64,000 nt of DNA from the IMG/VR virus record IMGVR_UViG_3300020193_000012. One strand, 5' to 3'. The DNA is from an uncultured virus (IMG/VR IMGVR_UViG_3300020193_000012) (Duplodnaviria; Heunggongvirae; Uroviricota; Caudoviricetes). The position numbers were made by a program, and so were the translations under genes. The notes beneath the pieces were generated by a model. It saw only the letters and a list, made by a program, of their open reading frames with translations, made no database searches and was not told the DNA's origin. The stretch's first letter is position 1. Each line of letters begins with the position of its first letter. Positions 1 through 7,906 of this stretch are shown here, one piece after another.

Positions 1-34
1 GGACTTATGAGTATAATATCATCTGGATTTCCTA

Positions 35-220
35 TCATTTTTTATAAAACTCTATTTTAAGTTGAGTAATGAGTAAATCAACTTTATCTTCAATACGAGT
101 AAGTCGTTCCTCAATAGTATCTATACGTTACTCATCAATTGCTTCTTTCTTTACTGAATAGGGGTCAATCGTAGCCATATTTCCTTGTAGTGAATTGAGT
201 AGTGGTTCGTCAAATAACAT
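35..220 (-). pseudogene. Small coiled-coil ORF interrupted by an in-frame TAA at 128-130
   Basis: Manual translation MLFDEPLLNSLQGNMATIDPYSVKKEAIDE*RIDTIEERLTRIEDKVDLLITQLKIEFYKK*; the final TGA overlaps the next ATG (36-38). Confidence 0.5.
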
Positions 221-232
221 TTGTTCGTTCGA

Positions 233-418
233 TTATAGGTCATAAGGATGTTGAGGGTCTCGTGTCCATAGTTTAGTATACACTATCCATGCTTCTTGCT
301 TACTATCCATTTCAGCAGACCAGTGCATCCCATCATCTGAAACTGCGTCCAGATAGTGGATTTGTGTTCTGGGGCAAATAGTGCGGGTGACTGATACAAA
401 TTTAATTTTCTCAACCAT
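233..418 (-). CDS. Hypothetical phage protein (61 aa)
   Basis: ORF; start overlaps the upstream stop. Confidence 0.7.
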   Translation of the reverse strand: MVEKIKFVSVTRTICPRTQIHYLDAVSDDGMHWSAEMDSKQEAWIVYTKLWTRDPQHPYDL

Positions 419-600
419 TAGAGTTCCTCCAATTCATTAGCAATATCATGAATGACAGATGCTGGGTGTTGAAGTTCTCCCCAGTCAGTATAAAGTCGGT
501 CAGCAATATAACGGAGAGCAGCAACAACTCCATCTTTTGGAAAGTTGTAAGTATCCTCTGCTTCGTATGCCTTCATAACTTCTTGTGCTCTAATTGTCAT
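418..600 (-). CDS. Hypothetical phage protein (60 aa)
   Basis: ORF with ATGA coupling to the upstream gene. Confidence 0.7.
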   Translation of the reverse strand: MTIRAQEVMKAYEAEDTYNFPKDGVVAALRYIADRLYTDWGELQHPASVIHDIANELEEL

Positions 601-911
601 TCTTCACCCTCCCAGAAGTCCTTCCATTCTACCTTATCTTCATCGTTCATCCATTCAACTTGAAAACTACTTACATCAGATTGTTGAAGACCAAAATCAT
701 CAACAATCATATTTGCAACATCATTTGCCAAGTAATCCCCATAATCTTCTGGACTTGTCAAATCACTAAATGCAGGATTGAACTTTACACAGAAGGTGAT
801 TTTATAACCCTCAACACAATCCTTTGACTTACGCAATGTCTCTTTGCGTTCTTCAATTTGTTTTTCAAGTTGTTGGAGTTCTTTGTATGTAAGGTTAGAG
901 ATGTCAGTCAT
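597..911 (-). CDS. Hypothetical phage protein (104 aa)
   Basis: ORF, acidic, N-terminal coiled coil. Confidence 0.75.
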   Translation of the reverse strand: MTDISNLTYKELQQLEKQIEERKETLRKSKDCVEGYKITFCVKFNPAFSDLTSPEDYGDYLANDVANMIVDDFGLQQSDVSSFQVEWMNDEDKVEWKDFWEGEE

Positions 912-960
912 TTGTGTTCTTTATACCATTCAAGATTGCGTGGAGATGTATCAAAGAGTT

Positions 961-1236
961 TCATTCTTTTACTTCATTTGGTTGAACATAAAACAACTCA
1001 TCCCGCCAGTTGCGACCAGCAATATCAAAAGTAAATCCTACTCGTCCAATAGAAAATAGAACTGACAGTAACCTACCATAACCCATAGAGATTTGAAGAT
1101 AGGGAAACTCAATCCATTTCCCATACTCACCATAATCAAGTGCAACTTGAAGAAGTGAATAACGCTTTCCAGTACAAAGAGTCATATAATACTCTTTGCC
1201 ATAATCATCTCTTACACCAAACTGAATCAGTTTCAT
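961..1236 (-). CDS. Hypothetical phage protein (91 aa)
   Basis: ORF, ATGA overlap with the upstream gene. Confidence 0.75.
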   Translation of the reverse strand: MKLIQFGVRDDYGKEYYMTLCTGKRYSLLQVALDYGEYGKWIEFPYLQISMGYGRLLSVLFSIGRVGFTFDIAGRNWRDELFYVQPNEVKE

Positions 1237-1784
1237 TTTACTTTACCGTGAAGGGGACAATCACCATTTACCCATTTAAGACCATCAGGCATTTCTTCAT
1301 TATCCATTACAGGACACTTACAACCTTTTTCAACTGCTTCAGAAGAACCAGGAACAGCACCATTCCACTCTTGATATGTCATTGCATCCATTTCCTCATC
1401 AGTATATTGAGGATTATCAGGTTGCTGACAGCGTGACAGTTTTGCTTTCAGATCATAAATCTCATCTTCCAGTTTACGAAACTCTTTTGCATAATCCTCT
1501 GCAAGTTTCATATCATACTCTTCAGCAACCTTACGCATTTCCTCTTCATCTCGCATATCATTAAATGCAAGTGAACAAGCACCTTTCATAATACCGATTT
1601 CATTATGTCCCATTGTACGTGCCACAGTTCCAAAGAATCGGAACAATTGAGTGGTGTTAATGTCTTCACAAGGGATCTCGAAGGTATAATGCTCCTCAGG
1701 AAGAGTTTCATCATCAAAAGTACCATATCCAGTAGAGGTCCATTCGGTATCAAACTGTACTTTGAGTCGTGCTTTGTAGGTCAT
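1233..1784 (-). CDS. Hypothetical protein with a C-terminal Cys/His cluster (CKCP...CPLH)
   Basis: 183 aa ORF directly behind a promoter-like element. Confidence 0.8.
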   Translation of the reverse strand: MTYKARLKVQFDTEWTSTGYGTFDDETLPEEHYTFEIPCEDINTTQLFRFFGTVARTMGHNEIGIMKGACSLAFNDMRDEEEMRKVAEEYDMKLAEDYAKEFRKLEDEIYDLKAKLSRCQQPDNPQYTDEEMDAMTYQEWNGAVPGSSEAVEKGCKCPVMDNEEMPDGLKWVNGDCPLHGKVK

Positions 1785-1806
1785 TGATCTGGATTTGTGT
1801 ATTCAT

Positions 1807-1864
1807 ACTATAAGACCCCCCTGACCGAAAAATCAAGGGGTCTTGTGCCAGTTTAAAAGGTGTC
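1807..1864 (-). promoter_or_regulatory. Early-type promoter with upstream AAACTGGCACA box and inverted repeat
   Basis: TTGATT-N18-TATAGT; architecture shared with 6355-6412. Confidence 0.65.
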
Positions 1865-2398
1865 TTAGTTCATTTTTGTCTTCTTTAAGTCTTTCTCAAG
1901 TTCAATAATTTTTTGATTTATGAGTTCATATGCAGTCAACTTCTTTGGTTTCTTTAAAAATCTTGCCGCTGTCTTTTTGTTTCTATTTTGAAGTTTGATA
2001 GTTTTCTTTGGTTTATTTTCGTTCACGTAGTCAACAGAGAGTAACTTCTTAAAAGATGGAGTATCAGAAACATTCTTAAATGTCTTTGGATCTGTAAGTT
2101 TAATATTTCTCTTAATAGATTTTTGTAGTTTTTTAAATAGTTTTTGATTTTCTGGAAAATGAGTTTCAATATATTCATCAGATGCACTAAGCATTTGATC
2201 CATTTTATATCTAAGTTGAGAAAGTCTAGGATCTGACTTTGGATATCTTTCTTTCAGATAATCAATATATTCTGGATTTTGCTCAGCAATTTGATTTAAT
2301 CTTTCTACAATCTTTTCATATTCAAGTATTTCCTTTGCGGAAAGATTAACACCTTGCGTAAGATCCTTAAGAGTTAGTTTGGGATATTTGTTTTCCAT
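1865..2398 (-). CDS. Lys-rich hypothetical protein (177 aa)
   Basis: ORF following 2402-3502. Confidence 0.75.
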   Translation of the reverse strand: MENKYPKLTLKDLTQGVNLSAKEILEYEKIVERLNQIAEQNPEYIDYLKERYPKSDPRLSQLRYKMDQMLSASDEYIETHFPENQKLFKKLQKSIKRNIKLTDPKTFKNVSDTPSFKKLLSVDYVNENKPKKTIKLQNRNKKTAARFLKKPKKLTAYELINQKIIELEKDLKKTKMN

Positions 2399-2401
2399 TT
2401 T

Positions 2402-3502
2402 TTATACTCCTCTGACCCCTTTTGATATTCCGGGAGTTGGCCATAAAACAGGTCCTCCACTTCCGGGTTTGTTTATTGATGGCCAAGTAGAAGGATCATC
2501 AGTTGGATGAGGTCCAGGTTTTGGTCCAACTAGCGTCTCTATCTTTCTATTCCATGCGGCCCAGTGCTCGGCCGAGATTAACTGATTATAAGCTTCTTGA
2601 CTCAATCCCCATTTGTTTATTATTTGGGAAGGAATTGGACCTGGATAATAATTTGGATCTCCCAATCCATTTCTACTTATAACAATAGGTTTAGGTGGAC
2701 CCTCAGGAACTCCAGGAACAGCAGGAATTTCTGGAGAACCAGGATCTGTTACAAAACGATTTGGTAAAGGATTTCCACTGGCATCCGTTGGGATTAGTAG
2801 AGTATATGAATACAATGCACGATCTGCTTTTGGTGTACTTATATTGCTTAAGTTTGATGGATAATATTCAGATCCTCCGAAACAAGATCCAAAAAGACAA
2901 TCAAGAGAACCCCAAAGTTGAATTGTTTTTGTTGTGTAATACTGATAGATTCCACTTTCTCCCAAATTATTCCAAGTATTCAAATATGCTTGTTGAAGGT
3001 CTGTATATGGTCCTGGAGTTGTAAATACACCACTCTGAACAACACTATTAAAACCACCGTCACTCAAAAATCCAATAACTTGACTAGAAATTGCTCTACC
3101 ATGAAATGCAAGTGCAAGCGGAGTAACTCCTTCACCATGATTAACTTCTGGTGTTCTCAACGCCGCTACTTGTTCTCCGTTATAAGTTGTATATAAATTT
3201 GCAGGTATATTTATAGCAGCATCTGGATCACTTCCATCTCCCTGATCTCCCCAAACAAAATCATCAGGATTGGATATACCTCCGGTCACATTTTCATAAG
3301 TTGGAGGAACTGCTGGAATTGCAGGAATTTCTGGAATAGCTGGGTCTCCAGGTTCAAATCCCGTCACTGTATAAAGTCCACTTGTGCTGTTTGTTATTGC
3401 CTCACCAAGTGTCTTTTTTATTTTTTCATCAAGACTCTTTATCTTCTCATCAATTTCTGGAGAAGGTTTAGAGTATTTTTTTATTTTACTAAACGTTCCC
3501 AT
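2402..3502 (-). CDS. Late-expressed Pro/Gly-rich protein, possible internal virion protein (366 aa)
   Basis: TAAATA late promoter at 3522-3527; charged N-terminal leader ending LGE. Confidence 0.75.
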   Translation of the reverse strand: MGTFSKIKKYSKPSPEIDEKIKSLDEKIKKTLGEAITNSTSGLYTVTGFEPGDPAIPEIPAIPAVPPTYENVTGGISNPDDFVWGDQGDGSDPDAAINIPANLYTTYNGEQVAALRTPEVNHGEGVTPLALAFHGRAISSQVIGFLSDGGFNSVVQSGVFTTPGPYTDLQQAYLNTWNNLGESGIYQYYTTKTIQLWGSLDCLFGSCFGGSEYYPSNLSNISTPKADRALYSYTLLIPTDASGNPLPNRFVTDPGSPEIPAVPGVPEGPPKPIVISRNGLGDPNYYPGPIPSQIINKWGLSQEAYNQLISAEHWAAWNRKIETLVGPKPGPHPTDDPSTWPSINKPGSGGPVLWPTPGISKGVRGV

Positions 3503-3524
3503 TCAAAAAAAGTATTTTAGGTAT

Positions 3525-3764
3525 TTATTTCAATCTTTCATTCATTTCTTTCATCAACTCCTTCGCAAGTTGATTAGAACGTCTCCACATCATATATCGT
3601 GCCCATGGAGTTTGGGGATTATGAATTAACCACCACTTAAAAATCTCAAACTTATTTCTTACAATCTTTGAGATATAGAAAACTGCCTTTGCCACACTTT
3701 CATCTGTTGCGATGAAATATGCAGCAAAAGCAAATAATATAAACCAAATTGTATATGAATTCAT
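3525..3764 (-). CDS. Small predicted membrane protein (79 aa)
   Basis: Hydrophobic N-terminal helix. Confidence 0.75.
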   Translation of the reverse strand: MNSYTIWFILFAFAAYFIATDESVAKAVFYISKIVRNKFEIFKWWLIHNPQTPWARYMMWRRSNQLAKELMKEMNERLK

Positions 3765-3934
3765 TGTCTTAGAGTTTTGAGATAATTCAAAACTTGCTCA
3801 CGAACTGCCATAAGTTCGTTGTAACACTTTTGATTATGGGCACAATTACGAAGTTCAGAATCAGGTTTCAATACACTTTCTTCAAAAAGAGTTAATCCGC
3901 GATTCCACTTTTCAGTTTGTGTTTCTTCAGTCAT
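3761..3934 (-). CDS. Hypothetical protein (57 aa, MTEETQTEKW...)
   Basis: Start moved to the ATG overlapping the TGA of 3931-4095. Confidence 0.7.
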   Translation of the reverse strand: MTEETQTEKWNRGLTLFEESVLKPDSELRNCAHNQKCYNELMAVREQVLNYLKTLRQ

Positions 3935-4095
3935 TTGTTTACTACTTTGACAGGACAAGAAGGAATAACTTTGCGGATTTCTCTTATGATTTCAGTTTTT
4001 TGAATTTCAGATAGTCCAACAACGTTAGATACACGTTGAATAACATTCAGTGCATCACTGCAAGAAATAATGGTTGATGCAAGTAGAACAACCAT
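3931..4095 (-). CDS. Small hypothetical protein (54 aa), not in the ORF track
   Basis: MVVLLASTIISCSDA...SCPVKVVNK; AGGAG RBS and TAAATA at 4117-4122 upstream. Confidence 0.7.
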   Translation of the reverse strand: MVVLLASTIISCSDALNVIQRVSNVVGLSEIQKTEIIREIRKVIPSCPVKVVNK

Positions 4096-4146
4096 AGTTT
4101 TCTCCTATTCTGCTACTATTTAATGCAGTTTATAAAATTTTAATAT

Positions 4147-4518
4147 TCAGTCCCAACTTACATTTTGAACAAGGAACCCAGGCATTACATATGTCCAAGC
4201 ACCCAACTCTTGATTTCCACCAACCTTATATTCCCACTTATACTCAAACTTATTATGACTATCCCAAGTCATATACCCTTTCTCTTTATCAAATCGTCCC
4301 TTAATGGTTAGACGATGTTTATTAGAGAAAATATTACGAGTTCTCAGTGCTCCACCTTTCTCACGGGTTTCAACGATTACACATACATCAGGATAGGTTT
4401 GAATACCTTGTTCTAGAATACAAGGAGTTTCATAACGAAATGGTCGATATGTTTTATTCTCTTGTGCAAACACAGGAGAAGAGAACAAAAGTGAAGCAAG
4501 AACAATCAGTTTTTTCAT
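4147..4518 (-). CDS. Secreted/periplasmic hypothetical protein
   Basis: Signal peptide MKKLIVLASLLFSSPVFA; ATG overlaps the stop of the RlpA-like gene. Confidence 0.75.
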   Translation of the reverse strand: MKKLIVLASLLFSSPVFAQENKTYRPFRYETPCILEQGIQTYPDVCVIVETREKGGALRTRNIFSNKHRLTIKGRFDKEKGYMTWDSHNKFEYKWEYKVGGNQELGAWTYVMPGFLVQNVSWD

Positions 4519-4835
4519 CCAATAACCCTCCAACAAACAGTAGCGTTTCCTTTTTTTACAGATTGAATATGAGCAAAAGCAGCGTAAGACAAATCTAGAT
4601 CAGCATGTGAATATGGTCCTCTGTCATTTACTCTTACAATCACTTGTTTTCCATTATCTTGATTTGTCACCCGTATTTTTGTGCCCATAGGTAAATAAGG
4701 ACTAGCTGCAGTCCAACGATAAGCATCAAACCGCTCACCATTTGCCGTAGTTTGTCCATGAAATCCATCTCCTACTCCATAGTATGTACTCGTACCGCAG
4801 GTTAATCCAGCAATAAGAAGTGCTTCAAATACCAC
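4515..4835 (-). CDS. rlpA: RlpA-like double-psi beta-barrel protein (lytic transglycosylase-like)
   Basis: Motifs STYYG..FHGQTTANGERFD, LPMGTKIRVTN, VIVRVNDRGPY, DLSYAAF. Confidence 0.85.
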   Translation of the reverse strand: MVFEALLIAGLTCGTSTYYGVGDGFHGQTTANGERFDAYRWTAASPYLPMGTKIRVTNQDNGKQVIVRVNDRGPYSHADLDLSYAAFAHIQSVKKGNATVCWRVIG

Positions 4836-5400
4836 TCTTTTTTAGTCTCCCTCTTTTCCAATTGATACCAGGACATTCTACACTTCTAATTTCAGTTTGT
4901 CCATCATTCCAAAATAACATTCCTTTATAAGACTTATTTCTTTCTATAAGTTTGTCTCTTCTTATATCATTTTTATTTTCCCATCTTTTTTTCGCAACAG
5001 AAGAATATTTTTGTTTGCTTTCATCAGTCCTACTAAGACCTTTTACTCCTTTTGATATATTACTCTTGTGTTTATTTGTCAGTTTTTTACCGCTCTGCGA
5101 TTCGCTCATTCTTTTTCTAGTTTCATCTGTTATTACTCTATTACAACCATCACCACCATCAGTTCTATTAAGAAGAATACCAGTTCCTAAATTTTTTCTT
5201 CCAAAGATAGAAATCATATAAATTTCATGTTTAAAGGCATCAAATTCTAAATCAAAATATTTAAGAACTATTGTTCTTTTTTTATCTGTTGGTTTAAAGC
5301 ACGCTTTACCTCTATCATCGTACATTCTAGATCCAGATCCTTTTACAATATAATAAGGAGTTCCGTCTTCACGCAAATAAGCGTAAGTATAGTATTTCAT
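4825..5400 (-). mobile_element. Free-standing GIY-YIG-like homing endonuclease gene with NUMOD3-type repeats (YIG motif reads YIV)
   Basis: YTYAYLREDGTPYYIVKG...R, conserved Glu (KHEI), LLNRTDGGDG, ETRKRMSES. Confidence 0.8.
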
Positions 5401-5501
5401 CTGCTTCTAATTTTGGTTGGCATTATTATTTATAATAAAATAGGGCAGATTTCTCTGCCCTTCTCTAAAAAGCGCCAACCAATTAGAGCATTATTATTTA
5501 T
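5401..5501 (-). ncRNA. Putative regulatory module: late promoter, short antisense RNA, terminator, second late promoter
   Basis: TAAATA 5495-5500; arm 5474-5490 complementary to 5' UTR 5402-5421; hairpin 5443-5460; TATAAATA 5427-5434. Confidence 0.6.
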
Positions 5502-5517
5502 TCAGCAATCAACCCAA

Positions 5518-5736
5518 TCATTTCTCAATCTTCCAGTGTTCGTTACCAGACTTTTGTACCCAAAAGCAGTATTGACGATTTAAAGAAACAAGAAAGAGTT
5601 TATCATCGGTCTCCTGCTCTACTTCACAGGAGTGAAAAGAACCCATGATATTCACAAAGCGGTTTTTCGCTTTTGAACTCAGAGGAGTTACATTCACGAA
5701 TTTCTTCTTGGTCTTTGGAGCTTTCATAGTGATCAT
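5518..5736 (-). CDS. Hypothetical protein (about 72 aa)
   Basis: GGAGG RBS upstream of the ATG at 5736. Confidence 0.75.
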   Translation of the reverse strand: MITMKAPKTKKKFVNVTPLSSKAKNRFVNIMGSFHSCEVEQETDDKLFLVSLNRQYCFWVQKSGNEHWKIEK

Positions 5737-5761
5737 AGTTTTTTCAACCTCCACAAAGGTT

Positions 5762-5790
5762 ATTGTACAGAGTTCTTAGGGTTGTGTCAA
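5762..5790 (-). promoter_or_regulatory. Sigma70-type early promoter
   Basis: TTGACA-N17-TACAAT. Confidence 0.75.
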
Positions 5791-6228
5791 GCGATTAGGG
5801 AAATACACGAAGTCATTAAGTCCCAGGTATTCGTTGTAGAGTTGTTCTTCCATTAGTCTCGCCTCTACTTCCCATGGTTGGTCTTCATAGTCCGTCTCCG
5901 TGTAGTCTATGCCCCTCCAGAGGCGTTTACCGTGCTTGTCCTTAAGATTCCCTATAACGTGTTGATAAACGTGATAGAGTTCGTGGAAGAGTGTCTGAAG
6001 GTATAAGTCAGAGTTCATTTGATTGTGTAACTCAATCTCAAACTCACGAGGGCGATGATTACAATCGACCACAGAGCACCAACCATAAACTCCTTCTCTT
6101 GCAAGTCCACGATGATTGATAGTGATCTCTAGTTTGTGTCGTGGGAGATACTTTTGGATAAACCATTCCACAGCAGCAGTACAACGACGCTTGCTATAGT
6201 TGTACCCGCTGGTGTATAATGTAAGCAT
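5776..6228 (-). CDS. Zincin-fold (HExxH) metallopeptidase-like protein
   Basis: TLFHELYHVYQH followed by PWEVEA. Confidence 0.75.
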   Translation of the reverse strand: MLTLYTSGYNYSKRRCTAAVEWFIQKYLPRHKLEITINHRGLAREGVYGWCSVVDCNHRPREFEIELHNQMNSDLYLQTLFHELYHVYQHVIGNLKDKHGKRLWRGIDYTETDYEDQPWEVEARLMEEQLYNEYLGLNDFVYFPNRLTQP

Positions 6229-6332
6229 CAGAATAGTGCGTTGATTGCTACCTCAGATACTTTAACACCCCAGTGGGTCATCCAGACGAAGGATGTGACG
6301 AAAATCAATCTGTCTAGTGTGGAGTACCGCAT
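6228..6332 (-). CDS. Small hydrophobic protein (34 aa), not in the ORF track
   Basis: MRYSTLDRLIFVTSFVWMTHWGVKVSEVAINALF; stop overlaps the next ATG; promoter upstream. Confidence 0.55.
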   Translation of the reverse strand: MRYSTLDRLIFVTSFVWMTHWGVKVSEVAINALF

Positions 6333-6354
6333 CGGTCTTTGTGTGTCTCCACAT

Positions 6355-6412
6355 AGTATAAGACCTCCCAGGGTGGTTCTGGAAGGTCAGTGTGCCAGTT
6401 TTTGAAGTGGTC
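6355..6412 (-). promoter_or_regulatory. Early-type promoter with AAACTGGCACA box and inverted repeat
   Basis: -10 TATACT preceded by the GACCTTCCAG/CTGGGAGGTC inverted repeat; matches 1807-1864. Confidence 0.6.
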
Positions 6413-7878
6413 TAAACTATAATTAATTTTTTAATTTCGGGTAGATAAAGATATTTTAATTTGCTTTTTTTCATAGTATTGATTGCATCGGAAAAAGTTT
6501 CTACTAAAGGTTCTCCTGCTAAATTGAATGATGTATTCAACAACATGGGAACTTTTGTTTCCTTATGAAATGCTGATATTAAGTTGTAAAAATGTTTGTT
6601 CTGTTTTTTTGTGATTGTTTGAACTCTGCAAGTATTATCAACATGAATCATCGCAGGAATTCCATTCTTTTTAACTTTTACTGCATATTGCATGTATGAA
6701 CAATCTTCCAAACCTCTCAAATCAAACCATTCATGAGCATGTTCTTGTAATATTGTACCTGCAAATGGTCTAAAAGTCTCTCTTTTTTTAAGTGCATTTA
6801 TAATATCTCTACCATTTTCAACTCTTGGATCGAAAAGTAGTGAGCGATTTCCAAGTGCTCTTTGACCTGCTTCAGATCTTCCCTGAAAAATGGAAACTGC
6901 ATTACCTTCTGATAAAAGTTTTGCAACATCAGAATAAGAAACTTTTTTTGTATTCAATCCCCCTAAATCATAGTTTTGTTCTTTAAGACCAATATAAACA
7001 TTTTTTAGTGGTTGTATTGGAAAAAACTTTGAATATTGTTTGTAATAATAAAATGCTTGCCCGATTGATATCCCAGCATCAAAACAAACAGGATCAATAT
7101 AAAAATTATGTTCTGGGAAGTGTTTTAGAAATTCATAGTTTGCAACACAATTTAGTCCATATCCACCAGAAATAACAATATTTTTGGTTTCAACTTGATT
7201 GATGTGTTTTCTTATTATATCAATAACTTCATTTTGGGTTTCTTGTTGAACTTGATGACACTCTTCTACAAAAGAAACCCATTTCGGATCTAATTTATCT
7301 TCATATCTTTTATATTGTGCGAGACCCATTACTTTCCCTGCACCATACCAATCAAATCCCAATTTTTTGGAAAGTTTTTCAAATTTATATCCAACACTTT
7401 CTGGTTGATTTTCTCTTGTTTGAATAGTGTACTTTTTGGATAGTTCTTTTATCTCTTTTTTATTTGCATAATAAACACTTTCTATTTCAACATGAGATTC
7501 TTCATTTATAATTACCTCCGAACCATGACCATCCACAACAACACATAATGCATCTTCAAACCTTGAATTATAAAATCCACAATAAGCATGATAAATGTGA
7601 TGCTCATAGTTGAAGTTTATGTGCTTATATTGAAAATGCTCATCAAACAAATTTCTGAGTGGTTGCTCAAACTTTATATCTCCATGTCTATAAAGATTGA
7701 CAACTATTAAATCAAACTTAGTAATTTTTTCTTCAAAGAGATATTTTAAAACATTAACAATTCTATCGCAGTGTTTGTTTCTTGTAATTCTTTCAGATGC
7801 AAGATAAAAAACTACTTTGCCATTTTCAAGAATAGTTGCAGAGGCATCATGTGTTATTGATAATGATAAAATTCTCAC
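6412..7878 (-). CDS. Carbamoyltransferase, NodU/CmcH family
   Basis: HDASA, HHIYHAY, VVDGHG, SGGYGLNCVAN, GRSEAGQRALGNRS, RPFAG, LLNTSFN. Confidence 0.9.
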   Translation of the reverse strand: MRILSLSITHDASATILENGKVVFYLASERITRNKHCDRIVNVLKYLFEEKITKFDLIVVNLYRHGDIKFEQPLRNLFDEHFQYKHINFNYEHHIYHAYCGFYNSRFEDALCVVVDGHGSEVIINEESHVEIESVYYANKKEIKELSKKYTIQTRENQPESVGYKFEKLSKKLGFDWYGAGKVMGLAQYKRYEDKLDPKWVSFVEECHQVQQETQNEVIDIIRKHINQVETKNIVISGGYGLNCVANYEFLKHFPEHNFYIDPVCFDAGISIGQAFYYYKQYSKFFPIQPLKNVYIGLKEQNYDLGGLNTKKVSYSDVAKLLSEGNAVSIFQGRSEAGQRALGNRSLLFDPRVENGRDIINALKKRETFRPFAGTILQEHAHEWFDLRGLEDCSYMQYAVKVKKNGIPAMIHVDNTCRVQTITKKQNKHFYNLISAFHKETKVPMLLNTSFNLAGEPLVETFSDAINTMKKSKLKYLYLPEIKKLIIV

Positions 7879-7906
7879 TATAAATTAATGGCATATAATC
7901 GTTATT

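Noticed and set aside
5401..5501. Short RNA as a guide for an RNA-guided nuclease
   Set aside because: The only complement I saw is the nuclease's own leader, and the proteins carry NUMOD3-type DNA-binding repeats; a regulatory role is simpler
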